A stretch of DNA of 64,000 bases, taken from contig OZ251992.1 of the NCBI GenBank assembly GCA_965246885.1, forward strand, positions 1,760,001 to 1,824,000, given 5' to 3'. The notes under the pieces are model-generated. The model worked only from the letters and a program-made list of their open reading frames with translations. It was not told the DNA's origin and made no database searches. Each line of letters starts with the position of its first letter. Positions within the stretch are counted from its first letter, which is position 1. The stretch is from Abditibacterium sp. (GTDB lineage: Bacteria > Armatimonadota > Abditibacteriia > Abditibacteriales > Abditibacteriaceae). Made by a program: the position numbers and the translations under genes. Of this stretch, positions 1-9,617 are shown piece after piece.

Positions 1-757
1 CGTCGAAGCGTTCACTTCGCGCTACGAGAACATCCGCTTGCACTATGTGGACGCTTCGCCGCGCTTCCAAGAGCTGCTGCGCGGCGTCACCGACCCCGAA
101 GAGAAGCGCATCAAAATCGGCAACGAGTTCGTCGCCACCTTCGAGCGCGAGATGGGCTTGCTGGGCCACCACCACTTTCTCGCGCAGGGAACGCTCTACC
201 CAGATGTGATCGAGTCCGGCTCTGGCAAAGCCGCTAAAATCAAGACGCACCACAACGTCGGCGGCCTGCCGCCCGACATGGAGTTCAAACTTATCGAGCC
301 GTTCCGCACCCTGTTCAAAGACGAAGTGCGCGCGCTCGGCGAGGAGTTGGGATTGCCTTCGGACATGGTGTGGCGCCAACCGTTTCCGGGGCCGGGACTG
401 GCGATTCGCATCATCGGCGAAGTGACACCGGAGCGGCTCGACGTGCTGCGCCAAGCGGACGCCATCCTGATTGACGAGGTGAAAAAGGCCGGGTTATACC
501 GCATTATCTGGCAATGCTTTGTGGCGCTACTCCCGACGGTGAACTCCGTCGGCGTGATGGGCGACGGGCGCACCTACGCCCATCCGGTCGTGGTGCGCGC
601 CGTGACAAGCGAGGACGGCATGACGAGCGATTGGGCACGAATCCCGTATGAAGTGCTGGAGAAAATCTCCAACCGCATCGTCAACGAAGTCCCCGGCGTC
701 AACCGCGTCGTCTACGACGTCACCAGCAAACCCCCGGCGACCATTGAGTGGGAGTGA
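1..757 (+). CDS. guaA: GMP synthase (glutamine-hydrolysing), 3' part; truncated by window start
   Basis: [36 protein letters not shown] and C-terminal [14 protein letters not shown] motifs. Confidence 0.97.
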   Translation, partial: VEAFTSRYENIRLHYVDASPRFQELLRGVTDPEEKRIKIGNEFVATFEREMGLLGHHHFLAQGTLYPDVIESGSGKAAKIKTHHNVGGLPPDMEFKLIEPFRTLFKDEVRALGEELGLPSDMVWRQPFPGPGLAIRIIGEVTPERLDVLRQADAILIDEVKKAGLYRIIWQCFVALLPTVNSVGVMGDGRTYAHPVVVRAVTSEDGMTSDWARIPYEVLEKISNRIVNEVPGVNRVVYDVTSKPPATIEWE

Positions 758-787
758 TGCTTTATAAGTACCATTTACATCATCAAA

Positions 788-1297
788 GTGAAGGCGACTG
801 ACTTGCAAGTGGTTTCTCGACAAACGCTTCTTCTGGAAGCTGTCTTAGAGGCTTGGAGCGAAGGAGACATCTTTCCTCTGATCCACGAAGACTTGAAGCC
901 ACGAGGTTACGAACTGGAATCGGTGTTAGAAGTCCGAGACTGGTATCACCTTCGGGATGTCTCACAAGACGACTGGAACAGATACGCGGCGGCAGTGGCT
1001 TATATATTGAGTCCCTCCAAGGAATTTATCTTCTGGTTCGACGAGGAAGAAGAAAAGGAGCTAACCATGCCACACATACACGAAGACGACGTCATCATCG
1101 CATTTCGCCAAACGGTGGAAGAAGAACTACAGCGCGCGCAACAGGGCCAGCACGAGCCGCCCGCCTACATAAACGGCGCCTCGACCGAAGAGAACTTGGA
1201 GCGACTTTCGCGCGCGCACGCCAAACTGCAAGCCGAAGTCGCCCTGCTTCGCACCGTCATCCTGAAACTCTTGTCCCAGCCCGTAGACACGCAATAA
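788..1297 (+). CDS. hypothetical protein (lower GC than flanks)
   Basis: 169-aa acidic ORF between guaA and hpt with a coiled-coil-like C-terminus; no family recognised. Confidence 0.6.
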   Translation: MKATDLQVVSRQTLLLEAVLEAWSEGDIFPLIHEDLKPRGYELESVLEVRDWYHLRDVSQDDWNRYAAAVAYILSPSKEFIFWFDEEEEKELTMPHIHEDDVIIAFRQTVEEELQRAQQGQHEPPAYINGASTEENLERLSRAHAKLQAEVALLRTVILKLLSQPVDTQ

Positions 1298-1298
1298 C

Positions 1299-1381
1299 GC
1301 GGAAAGCGGAAGCCGGAACGCGGAAAAGAACGGCCCCGCGCTGCTTTTTCCGCGTTCCGACTTCCCACTTCCGATTTCCAA
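1299..1381. repeat. 7-nt-unit inverted repeat (GCGGAAA-type units facing TTCCGAC-type units)
   Basis: gcggaaa gcggaag ccggaac gcggaaa ... tttccgc gttccga cttccca cttccga tttccaa; a second copy lies at 42478-42546. Confidence 0.8.
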
Positions 1382-1383
1382 CG

Positions 1384-1977
1384 ATGCTTTCTCAACCATT
1401 TCGCCCACATTCCTTGGGCGCGGACATTTATGCGTCCGAGGCCGATGTCGAATCGGTATTACTTTCTGCGCAGCAAATTCAGGCACGCGTCGCCGAACTG
1501 GGCGCGCAGATTTCGCGCGACTACGAAGGGCGCGAGCCGGTGTTCGTGTCGGTCTTGGTCGGCGCGGTAATGTTCACCGCCGACTTGCTACGCCACGTCT
1601 CCGTCCCTTGCTCGCTCGACTTTATGGCCATTTCGAGCTATGGCAAGGAATCCCGTTCGTCGGGCGTGGTGCGCGTGATGAAGGACTTGGACGAAAGCGT
1701 CGAATCCAAGCACGTCATCATCGTCGAGGACATCATTGACACAGGGCTTACCCTCAATTATCTGCTCGACAACATCCGCAATCGCGGCGTCGCGTCCGTC
1801 AAAGTCGCCGCTTTGCTGGACAAGCCCAGCCGTCGCCTGACCGACGTGAGCGTGGATTACGTTGGTTTCGAGGTGCCCGATGAGTTCGTGATTGGCTATG
1901 GCCTCGACTTCGCGCAGCGTTACCGCAACTTCCCTTATGTGGGGGTACTTCGGCCCGAAGTGTATGGCGGCAAATAA
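1384..1977 (+). CDS. hpt: hypoxanthine phosphoribosyltransferase
   Basis: PRPP-binding motif VIIVEDIIDTGLTL, LLDKPSRR, FVIGYGLDFAQRYRN; start set at ATG 1384. Confidence 0.95.
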   Translation: MLSQPFRPHSLGADIYASEADVESVLLSAQQIQARVAELGAQISRDYEGREPVFVSVLVGAVMFTADLLRHVSVPCSLDFMAISSYGKESRSSGVVRVMKDLDESVESKHVIIVEDIIDTGLTLNYLLDNIRNRGVASVKVAALLDKPSRRLTDVSVDYVGFEVPDEFVIGYGLDFAQRYRNFPYVGVLRPEVYGGK

Positions 1978-2199
1978 GAGTGCGCGGTAAATTGAAACCG
2001 CGCACGCGCCTCGTGCGTTTAATGGGTGTTTCGTTGCGCGCCCCCTTCGGCGCGACGTTTGCGCCCAGACACCCCGCTTTGTTGATCGTTCCAACAAACC
2101 ACTCCTCGTTTAGTTCTTTTGCCCCACCGCATTTCTGGCGCGAGGCATCCCATCTTTTAACCCAATAAGCGCCCCTCTTACGGGCGTTTTGGAGACCGC

Positions 2200-4263
2200 A
2201 TGACATCCGATCAAGTCCAATTGGACACTACCGCCGCGCCCGACGCGGCCCCGTCCCAACCTAAACCCGTTCGCCGCCGCACGACCAAGAAAGTCGAAGC
2301 CGCCGAACAGCCCACCCTTCCCGAAACTACCCCGGAAGAAGCGCCCGCAAAGCCCAAGCGCACCCGCGTCGCCAAAGCCAAAACCCCCGACGCCGCGCCC
2401 GAAACCTCCGCGCCCGCCGAAATGCCTGTTGCCGTCGTTGCCGCGCCCGCTCAGGCCGCAGAGGAAGCCCCCGCCGCGCGCCCTTCGATTCCCGCGCGCT
2501 TTCCCTCCCGTTTCAAGCGCGTTGAAGAACCCGCCGCCATCGGCGACGCGCCCGCCGCCCTCCCACAGGGCGCCACCGCCATCGGCGAGCAGACCGCCGT
2601 CGTTTCTGCGCCGCCGACAGACTCCCCGATGACCTCGGCCTACCCCCCACTTCCCCCGGCAGACGTCTCTGAGCCGACGAGAGACGTCTCTCAAGGGTTC
2701 ACCGAGGCCGCTCCCCAAGAGAACGGCACTCCGAACGGGGAGTTCAACGGCCCTAACGGTGAGTTTTCCGAAGGCGGCGGACGGATGCGCTACCGCGAGC
2801 GCCGCGAGTTCCGCCGCCAGCAACGCATGCAACAACGCCAAGACCGCTTAGGGCCAAACGGCGAGCCGCTTCCTCCCTTGCCGCCTAACGGCTTCGTGCC
2901 TAACCCCAGCAATGGCCAAGGCGCGCCGCAAAACTTCAACCGCGACCGAGAGCGCGGGCAGCAGAACGGTTTCCAGCCGCGACGCCGCGAGTATGACTTC
3001 TTCACTCTCAAAGCGATGGGCGACGAGGACTTAGAAAACGCGGCCCGCGAGTACGGCCTCGAACCCGACGATTCGCGCGGGCGCGACGCGCTCTTGATGG
3101 CCCTCATGGACGCCCAAGCGCGCGCCCAAAACTCCGTCCTCAAGACCGGTATTCTCGACGCCCACGATCACAATAAAGCGTTCCTGCGCTGCGAGGGCTA
3201 CACGCCGTCCGAAGCCGACGTGTATGTCAGCCAAACGCAGATCAAGCGCTTTAATCTTAAGTCAGGCGATTTAGTCTTTGGCACGGCCCGCGCGCCCAAG
3301 GAGAACGAGCGCTTCTTCGGCCTGCTCCGCGTCGAGTCCATCAACGGCCTGTCGCCCGACGAACTGCGCTCGCGCAAAGATTTTGAGAAGCTCACGCCCA
3401 TCTTTCCGACGGAGCGCTATAATCTCGAAACCGAGCAGGGCAACATTACCGCGCGCATCATTGACCTGATCTCGCCCGTTGGCAAAGGGCAACGCGGCCT
3501 GATCGTCGCTCCGCCCAAAGCGGGCAAAACGACGCTGATTAAGTCCGTCGCCAACTCCATCGCCGTCAACAACCCCGAAGCCGAACTGTTCGTTCTGCTG
3601 ATTGACGAGCGCCCCGAAGAAGTCACCGACATCTCGCGCAGTGTGCGCGGCACCGTTGTCGCTTCCACGTTTGATGAGATGCCGGATAACCACATGCGCG
3701 TCGCGGACATCGTGATGGAGCGCGCCAAGCGCTTGGTCGAAATGAAGCGCGATGTGGTAATTCTCATGGACTCCATCACCCGCCTGTCGCGCGCGTCCAA
3801 CCTTGTGGTGACGCCATCGGGCCGTACGCTTAGTGGCGGTCTCGACCCCGCCGCGATGTATCGCCCCAAACGGATGTTCGGCGCCGCGCGCAACATCGAA
3901 GAGGGCGGGAGTCTTACCATTCTCGCAACTGCCCTTGTGGACACGGGAAGCCGCATGGACGAGATGATTTTCGAGGAATTCAAGGGCACGGGCAACATGG
4001 ATTTGGTGCTCGACCGCGACCTCTTTAACCAGCGCATCTTCCCGGCCATAGACATCAACAAGTCCGGCACCCGCCGCGACGACCTGTTGCTTTCCAAGGA
4101 CGAACTCGCCGCCACTTTCCACCTGCGCCAAACCCTCGCGCGTCTGGACAACGATCAAGCCGTCAAACTGCTTATTGACCGCCTGAAAAACACCAAGTCC
4201 AACGCCAACTTCATGGAAGTCGTCGCCAAATCCGCGCGCCAAGCGGAAATTAAGGGAGCTTGA
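2200..4263 (+). CDS. rho: transcription termination factor Rho with long low-complexity N-terminal extension
   Basis: GKGQRGLIVAPPKAGKT Walker A, LLIDERPEEVTD, DSITRL, IFEEFKGTGNM. Confidence 0.97.
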   Translation: MTSDQVQLDTTAAPDAAPSQPKPVRRRTTKKVEAAEQPTLPETTPEEAPAKPKRTRVAKAKTPDAAPETSAPAEMPVAVVAAPAQAAEEAPAARPSIPARFPSRFKRVEEPAAIGDAPAALPQGATAIGEQTAVVSAPPTDSPMTSAYPPLPPADVSEPTRDVSQGFTEAAPQENGTPNGEFNGPNGEFSEGGGRMRYRERREFRRQQRMQQRQDRLGPNGEPLPPLPPNGFVPNPSNGQGAPQNFNRDRERGQQNGFQPRRREYDFFTLKAMGDEDLENAAREYGLEPDDSRGRDALLMALMDAQARAQNSVLKTGILDAHDHNKAFLRCEGYTPSEADVYVSQTQIKRFNLKSGDLVFGTARAPKENERFFGLLRVESINGLSPDELRSRKDFEKLTPIFPTERYNLETEQGNITARIIDLISPVGKGQRGLIVAPPKAGKTTLIKSVANSIAVNNPEAELFVLLIDERPEEVTDISRSVRGTVVASTFDEMPDNHMRVADIVMERAKRLVEMKRDVVILMDSITRLSRASNLVVTPSGRTLSGGLDPAAMYRPKRMFGAARNIEEGGSLTILATALVDTGSRMDEMIFEEFKGTGNMDLVLDRDLFNQRIFPAIDINKSGTRRDDLLLSKDELAATFHLRQTLARLDNDQAVKLLIDRLKNTKSNANFMEVVAKSARQAEIKGA

Positions 4264-4271
4264 GGTGGCGC

Positions 4272-4904
4272 TTAACTCGCGCCAGAAAAGAAGCTGAGCA
4301 GGTCGTGCAGTCGCCCAATCTCGGTGGCAGTTTCGGCGGCGGGCGCGGCGAAGAAGTCGGCTTCGACGCGCGCCAAAACGGGCGGTTGATGGAGCCAGTC
4401 GCGCGCTTCGTCAGGGATTCGGTCGGGGTTGTGGAGCGGCAGGGCTTCGGCTAAGAGTGTAGAGGAAAGGGAAGAAACGAACCATGCTTCGAGGAATGGG
4501 AGCCATGAAAGTCTGATGTGCTTAGCCGTTGAGAGAATTTCGGAGAGACTGTAGCCGTCGGCTTGTTCCAGCGAGCAACGCCACAGCAAAGCGAAACACG
4601 CCGTCACCGCGTCTTGCTCCTCAGCGGGCCACTCGCGCCAAGCGTGCGAGGCGAGCGTTCCCACTGGCCACAAGTCGCAAGATTCGCCGCGTTCAAGCGC
4701 GCGCCATGTTAACTCAAAGAAGGGCGGCAACAGTTTTTTGAAGCTCTCGTCGCCGTCTTGATAGACGACGGTGTCGGGCATCTCCTCCCATAGCTGAGGC
4801 ATCGTCCAGTTCTGCGCTTGCCAATGGTGGCTGTGGAGGATGACGAAGACGCGGTAGCAGTCGGTGATTTCGGCGGGCAGGGATGCGAGGAAGTCGGGTT
4901 TCAT
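4272..4904 (-). CDS. hypothetical protein
   Basis: 210-aa ORF filling the gap between rho and recA. Confidence 0.6.
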   Translation of the reverse strand: MKPDFLASLPAEITDCYRVFVILHSHHWQAQNWTMPQLWEEMPDTVVYQDGDESFKKLLPPFFELTWRALERGESCDLWPVGTLASHAWREWPAEEQDAVTACFALLWRCSLEQADGYSLSEILSTAKHIRLSWLPFLEAWFVSSLSSTLLAEALPLHNPDRIPDEARDWLHQPPVLARVEADFFAAPAAETATEIGRLHDLLSFFSGAS

Positions 4905-4949
4905 GGGCGCGGAAAGAAAGAGTGTGCCTAAAATCCTCCGCTCGCCCCC

Positions 4950-4978
4950 TTGCTTGTTCAGTGAAAACCGGATAAAAT
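4950..4978 (+). promoter_or_regulatory. putative sigma70-type promoter of recA
   Basis: TTGCTT-N17-TAAAAT upstream of recA. Confidence 0.5.
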
Positions 4979-5055
4979 TTCGGGGTCATTGATTCGAGTG
5001 AAGACAACGGGGAGTTGGATTTGCCCTGTTCACCGAAGCACACACCGAGAAACAC

Positions 5056-6159
5056 ATGGCTAAATCAACTGAATCGAACAAGATGGCGCCCGTCCTGACG
5101 AGCGGCGTCGCGGACAAGCAGAAGTCGCTCAACGAAGCGATGGCGCGCATGGAAAAGACGTTTGGCAAAGGCTCGATCATGCGTTTGGGCGAAAAGTCGC
5201 ACATGAAGGTCGCCACGACGCCGACCGGGTCGCTGTCGCTTGACCTCGCGCTCGGTGGCGGTTTGCCCAAAGGCCGCTTAATCGAGATCTTCGGCGCCGA
5301 GGGCGGCGGCAAGACGACGCTGACGCTGCATTGCATCGCCGAAGCGCAAAAAAAGGGCGGTATTTGCGCGTTTATTGACGCGGAACACTCGCTCGACCCC
5401 TCGTACGCCGCCAAGGTCGGCGTGGACATAGACAATCTGCTCATTTCGCAGCCCGACAACGGCGAGCAAGCCCTCGAAATGGCCGACACGCTCATCCGGT
5501 CGGGCGCCATTGACTTGGTCGTCATTGACTCGGTCGCCGCGCTCGTTCCCCGCGCCGAAGTCGAGGGCGAAATGGGCGACCAAACCGTCGGTTTGATGGC
5601 GCGCATGATGAGCCAAGGTTGCCGCAAGCTCGCGTCTACGGCGGGCAAAACCGGCACGACGATTATCTTCATCAACCAAATCCGCGAGAAAGTCGGCGTC
5701 ATCTACGGTTCGCCCGAAACGACCCCCGGCGGACGCGCGCTTAAGTTCTTCGCGTCGGTGCGCCTGCGCGTGTCGCGCGGCGAAGCCATCAAGAACGGCA
5801 CGGAGCAGATTGGCAACCGCACCAAAGTCTCGATTCCCAAGAACAAAATCGCCCCGCCGTTCCGCGAAGCCGAGTTCGACCTTGTGTATGGCAAGGGCAT
5901 CAACAAATACGGCGACATCCTCGATCTGGGCGTGAAATACAACCTCATCGCCAAGACCGGCGCATGGTTCACCCTCGGCGAAGAACGCTTCCAAGGCCGC
6001 GACCAAACCCGCGCCTACCTCGAAGAGAACCCCGAAGTCGCCGAGGAACTCGAAGAACAAATCCGCACCAAGATGGGCTTAAACGGCGCCGTCGAAGAAG
6101 TAGACCCCGTCAACCCCAACGCTGAAGTCCCCGAAGACGACGACTCGGACGACGAATAA
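5056..6159 (+). CDS. recA: recombinase RecA
   Basis: [49 protein letters not shown]. Confidence 0.98.
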   Translation: MAKSTESNKMAPVLTSGVADKQKSLNEAMARMEKTFGKGSIMRLGEKSHMKVATTPTGSLSLDLALGGGLPKGRLIEIFGAEGGGKTTLTLHCIAEAQKKGGICAFIDAEHSLDPSYAAKVGVDIDNLLISQPDNGEQALEMADTLIRSGAIDLVVIDSVAALVPRAEVEGEMGDQTVGLMARMMSQGCRKLASTAGKTGTTIIFINQIREKVGVIYGSPETTPGGRALKFFASVRLRVSRGEAIKNGTEQIGNRTKVSIPKNKIAPPFREAEFDLVYGKGINKYGDILDLGVKYNLIAKTGAWFTLGEERFQGRDQTRAYLEENPEVAEELEEQIRTKMGLNGAVEEVDPVNPNAEVPEDDDSDDE

Positions 6160-6164
6160 ATCCC

Positions 6165-6194
6165 AAAGCCCCCAGTTCTCGCTGGAGGCTTTTT
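6165..6194 (+). terminator. intrinsic terminator after recA (possibly bidirectional)
   Basis: aaagcccccag-ttctcg-ctggaggc followed by a T run. Confidence 0.55.
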
Positions 6195-6228
6195 GGTTCT
6201 CGCAAAGACGCGGAAGCGCAAAGAGCGG

Positions 6229-6573
6229 CTACTCCAACGACTCGCCCGCGCCGAGCGCCAACTCGAAGTAAGCCACATCCCCGTTTTCGAGCGAGTAGCT
6301 TTGGTCGGGCGTGCGGGCAAATTCGTGAACCCAAACGGTGCAACGCTCGCGCTCCGCACCGAACTTCTCGATGTCTTTCTTGCACTCGGAAACACGCTGG
6401 TCGGATTGAGCGATGCTCATGTCCATCATCATGCTTGCCATAAGTTCGCGCGCTTCGCGTTCTTTGGCTGAGTAGTAATTCAAGCGTCCACGAGCAGCTT
6501 CAAGCAACTGCGCTCCCGTGTAGTTGAACTCCCAGTTGTCGCGGTTGGTGTTACGGTATTCGATGTGAGCCAT
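6229..6573 (-). CDS. hypothetical protein
   Basis: 114-aa ORF in line with argJ and the TIM-barrel gene. Confidence 0.65.
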   Translation of the reverse strand: MAHIEYRNTNRDNWEFNYTGAQLLEAARGRLNYYSAKEREARELMASMMMDMSIAQSDQRVSECKKDIEKFGAERERCTVWVHEFARTPDQSYSLENGDVAYFELALGAGESLE

Positions 6574-6585
6574 TGATGTGTCCTT

Positions 6586-7326
6586 TTATATCCTCCCCAT
6601 CCCCCGCAGGTTCTCCAGCGAAATACGAATCGAGTCGAAGGGGTCGCCGGGGCATTGGTCTTGTTCGACGACGTAGACGGGAACTTTGGCGGCTTCGGCG
6701 GCGGCGAAGATGGCGGGCCAGTCGAGGGTGCCGTTGCCGATTTCGGCGAAGTCGCCGTTTTCGCGGCGGTCTTTGATGTGGAGCGGCCCCAACCGCGCGG
6801 CGTAGCGAGTGATGTATTCAACGGGGTCGGCGCCGCCTTTGGCGATCCAGTAGGTGTCGAGTTCGGCGCCCAAGTCGGCTTCCGGCGCGTTTTCATACAG
6901 GACATCAAGGCCGTATTTGCCGTCGAAGGACTCGAACTCGAAGTCGTGGTTGTGATACAGCAGGCGCAACTCTTGGGCGCGCAAGCGAGCGCCGAGGTCG
7001 GACAGCATGGCGGCGGTTTTCGTCCACGCGCCCAGATCGCCGCGATATTCGGGGTCAATCCAGCCCAGCACCACGAGGCCGTTGCCGACTTTCTTGGAGA
7101 AGTTGACGACGCCGTCGAAGTCGTTTTGGAGGTCGCTGAGCATGACGAACACGGCGGTGATTTCCAAGCCCAAGTCGGCGCACTTCTGGAGGGAAGCGTC
7201 CGACGCGCCGTAGCCAATCTCGACGCCCTCGTAGCCGATGGCAGAGATTTTTTCGAGGGTGCCCAGTTCGTCTTGCGCGTATTGGTCGCGCACGGTGTAA
7301 AGCTGCAAAGAGATGAGTGGTCGCAT
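6586..7326 (-). CDS. sugar phosphate isomerase/epimerase (xylose isomerase-like TIM barrel)
   Basis: LQLYTVR, YHNHDFEF, ELDTYW, LHIKD, VVEQD motifs. Confidence 0.9.
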   Translation of the reverse strand: MRPLISLQLYTVRDQYAQDELGTLEKISAIGYEGVEIGYGASDASLQKCADLGLEITAVFVMLSDLQNDFDGVVNFSKKVGNGLVVLGWIDPEYRGDLGAWTKTAAMLSDLGARLRAQELRLLYHNHDFEFESFDGKYGLDVLYENAPEADLGAELDTYWIAKGGADPVEYITRYAARLGPLHIKDRRENGDFAEIGNGTLDWPAIFAAAEAAKVPVYVVEQDQCPGDPFDSIRISLENLRGMGRI

Positions 7327-7329
7327 GGT

Positions 7330-8532
7330 TCAGGTGTGGTATTCGGCGTTGATGCGGACGTAGTCGTAGGAGAAGTCGCACGTCCACGCCGTCCATTTGG
7401 CGGCGCCTTCGCCGAGTTGCAGGCGGATGAAGACGTCGGTGCCTGCCAGTTGGCTTGCGGCGAAAGTGTGGTCGAAGGCGACGGGTTCGCCGAGGTGGAA
7501 GAGTTCGACTTCGCCGAGCGAAAAGGATAACCGAGCGGCGTCAAAGGCGACGCCCGCTTTGCCTGCTGCCATTGCGATGCGGCCCCAGTTCGGGTCGCGC
7601 CCGAAGATGGCGCACTTCACGAGCGGTGAATTGGCGATGGAAAGGGCGATCTGCCGCGCGTCGGCTTCTGTCGGTGCCCCCGCGACTTCGATGTGAATCA
7701 GCCGCGTTGCGCCCTCGCCGTCGCGGGCGATTTTTTTGGCTAACTCCACGCAAACGGCATCGAGCAAGGTGGCGAACTGCGCCTCGTTGTCGTCGGTGAT
7801 TGCGACGCCCGAAGCGCCCGACGCGAGCAGAATCGCGGTGTCGTTGGTGGACATATCGCCGTCCACCGTCACCGAGTTGAACGAGCGTGCGACCGCCGCT
7901 TCGAGGAGCCGTTGCAAACGCGGTGTTTCGATGCGCGCGTCGGTCGTCAAAAAAGCGAGCAGGGTGGCATGAAGCGAGAGCGGCGCCATGTTCGGCCCGA
8001 TCATCCCGACGCCTTTGCATTGCCCGCCTACTGTCACCTCTGCGCCGCCAATTTTAAGCGTGGCGGCGGCGAATTTCGGCACCAAGTCCGTCGTCATAAA
8101 AGCGCGCGCCGCGTCTTCGTCGCTCGCGTCCAACGTCATCGCGCCAAGTGCCGCCTCGATTTTGCCCATCGGCAGGGCGTGCCCGATAATGCCCGTTGAG
8201 CAAACCAAAACCTCGCGCGCATCCAAGCCCAACTTCGCGCCCGCCAACTCGCACATCCGTAGCGCGTTCTTCACTCCCGCCTCGCCAGTGCAGCAGTTCG
8301 CGTTGCCCGCGTTGACGACAACCGCCCGCGCCCCGCCGAGCGCCAAGTTCTCGGCGGACACAAGCACCGGCGCCGCCTTGACCTGCGAAGTCGTGAACAC
8401 GGCGGCGGCAGTCGCGCCCGCGTCCGCGACGAGCAGAGCGACATCCAATCCCTCCGTCTTAATGCCCGCCCGCGCCGCCCCGACGCGAAAACCCTTGGGA
8501 GCGGTAACGCCGCGCCCTTCTAAGAATTGCAT
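7330..8532 (-). CDS. argJ: bifunctional glutamate N-acetyltransferase/amino-acid acetyltransferase
   Basis: NAGNANCCTG, CSTGIIG, MTTD, DGDMSTNDT, ARDGEGAT, DPNWGRI, YVRINAEYHT. Confidence 0.96.
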   Translation of the reverse strand: MQFLEGRGVTAPKGFRVGAARAGIKTEGLDVALLVADAGATAAAVFTTSQVKAAPVLVSAENLALGGARAVVVNAGNANCCTGEAGVKNALRMCELAGAKLGLDAREVLVCSTGIIGHALPMGKIEAALGAMTLDASDEDAARAFMTTDLVPKFAAATLKIGGAEVTVGGQCKGVGMIGPNMAPLSLHATLLAFLTTDARIETPRLQRLLEAAVARSFNSVTVDGDMSTNDTAILLASGASGVAITDDNEAQFATLLDAVCVELAKKIARDGEGATRLIHIEVAGAPTEADARQIALSIANSPLVKCAIFGRDPNWGRIAMAAGKAGVAFDAARLSFSLGEVELFHLGEPVAFDHTFAASQLAGTDVFIRLQLGEGAAKWTAWTCDFSYDYVRINAEYHT

Positions 8533-8545
8533 GGGAAGATTATAG

Positions 8546-8616
8546 GCCACAGATGAACACGGATGGACACGATAAGAACCCAAAAAACATCGGTGTCCTC
8601 CGTGTGCATCTGTGGC
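8546..8616. repeat. imperfect inverted repeat built of about 9-nt CACRGATGR units
   Basis: gccacagatgaacacggatggacacgat ... atcggtgtcctccgtgtgcatctgtggc. Confidence 0.65.
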
Positions 8617-9569
8617 TAAGACAACTGCTCCGCCCAATACTTCGTCGTCGCGCCTTTGACGATGGCGAAGATGGCGGTTTGGGCGGCGATGTCAGCGGGG
8701 TGGATTTTGGAAAGATCGGGGATAACCTCGAACAAGCGCCCGACGAAAGAGAAGTGGTTGGCGCCGGGGATGACGCGCGTTTCGATGAGGTCGGGCGGCG
8801 CGCACGCGACTTCGCGCAGTTTGGCGCGGTAGTCTTCGCCCCAGACGGTCTTGTCGCGCTCGCCGGTGACAAGGAGCATCGGGGTTTCGAGGCCGCGCCA
8901 CACTCCCTTGGGTTGCGCGAGGACGCCGCCTTCGCTCGACAGATTCACGATGGCTTTGACCCGCTCGTCGCGGGCGCCGAACGATTCGCCGCGCGCCCGG
9001 AACTTGACGCCGCCCAGCAAACACGCGACGTGCCCGCCGAACGAGTAGCCGCCGACGCCGATGCGCGCCGGGTCGAGGCGCCCGTCGAAATCGCCGACTT
9101 CATCCAACAGCCCGCTCATGTCCACGCAGCGCGCGCGCCAAGGGCGCGGCTCGCACAGCGCGAGTCCCCACACGTCCCACGTCGTGCGCTGTTGGGCGGG
9201 AACGACGTGACCCGCCGCCTCGAAGTGCCGCGAAAAAGCGTCGGCGTGCTTGGGCTGCAACACGACGAAGCCATGCGATGCCCAATGCCGCGCGAGCAAG
9301 AAGTAGCCCGTCCCGTCGTCGCCGCCGCCACCCGAAAACAACACGGCAGGGCGCCCGCGAAGCGGCTCGCCGCCCTCATCAAGGGGGAAGGTCGCACGGA
9401 AATGCGGGTGGTTCTCCTCGCCGTAAGCGTAAGTCCCCACGTCCGCGAAGGGGCGCAGGTCGGCGGGCACGTCTTGAAGCGGCGCCTCGAAGCGGTTCAT
9501 CTCGCGCGAAAAGCGCGCCAAGTTCCAAAGGATGCGAACGGTCTGCGACCATTCATACGGGCCTAACAT
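8616..9569 (-). CDS. alpha/beta-fold hydrolase
   Basis: GYSFGG nucleophile elbow, LLVTGERD, GANHFSF. Confidence 0.8.
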   Translation of the reverse strand: MLGPYEWSQTVRILWNLARFSREMNRFEAPLQDVPADLRPFADVGTYAYGEENHPHFRATFPLDEGGEPLRGRPAVLFSGGGGDDGTGYFLLARHWASHGFVVLQPKHADAFSRHFEAAGHVVPAQQRTTWDVWGLALCEPRPWRARCVDMSGLLDEVGDFDGRLDPARIGVGGYSFGGHVACLLGGVKFRARGESFGARDERVKAIVNLSSEGGVLAQPKGVWRGLETPMLLVTGERDKTVWGEDYRAKLREVACAPPDLIETRVIPGANHFSFVGRLFEVIPDLSKIHPADIAAQTAIFAIVKGATTKYWAEQLS

Positions 9570-9617
9570 GAGCGGGAAAGTGTAGGGGCTGGGCTTCCCT
9601 TTAAACTGCCGCGCCAG

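Noticed and set aside
853..1383. N-terminal extension of Hpt in the ORF track (similar extensions for rtcB, M16 peptidase, methyltransferase, rplD, rplO and tuf)
   Set aside because: The extensions overlap other genes, repeats or tRNA; downstream ATGs match the normal family starts.
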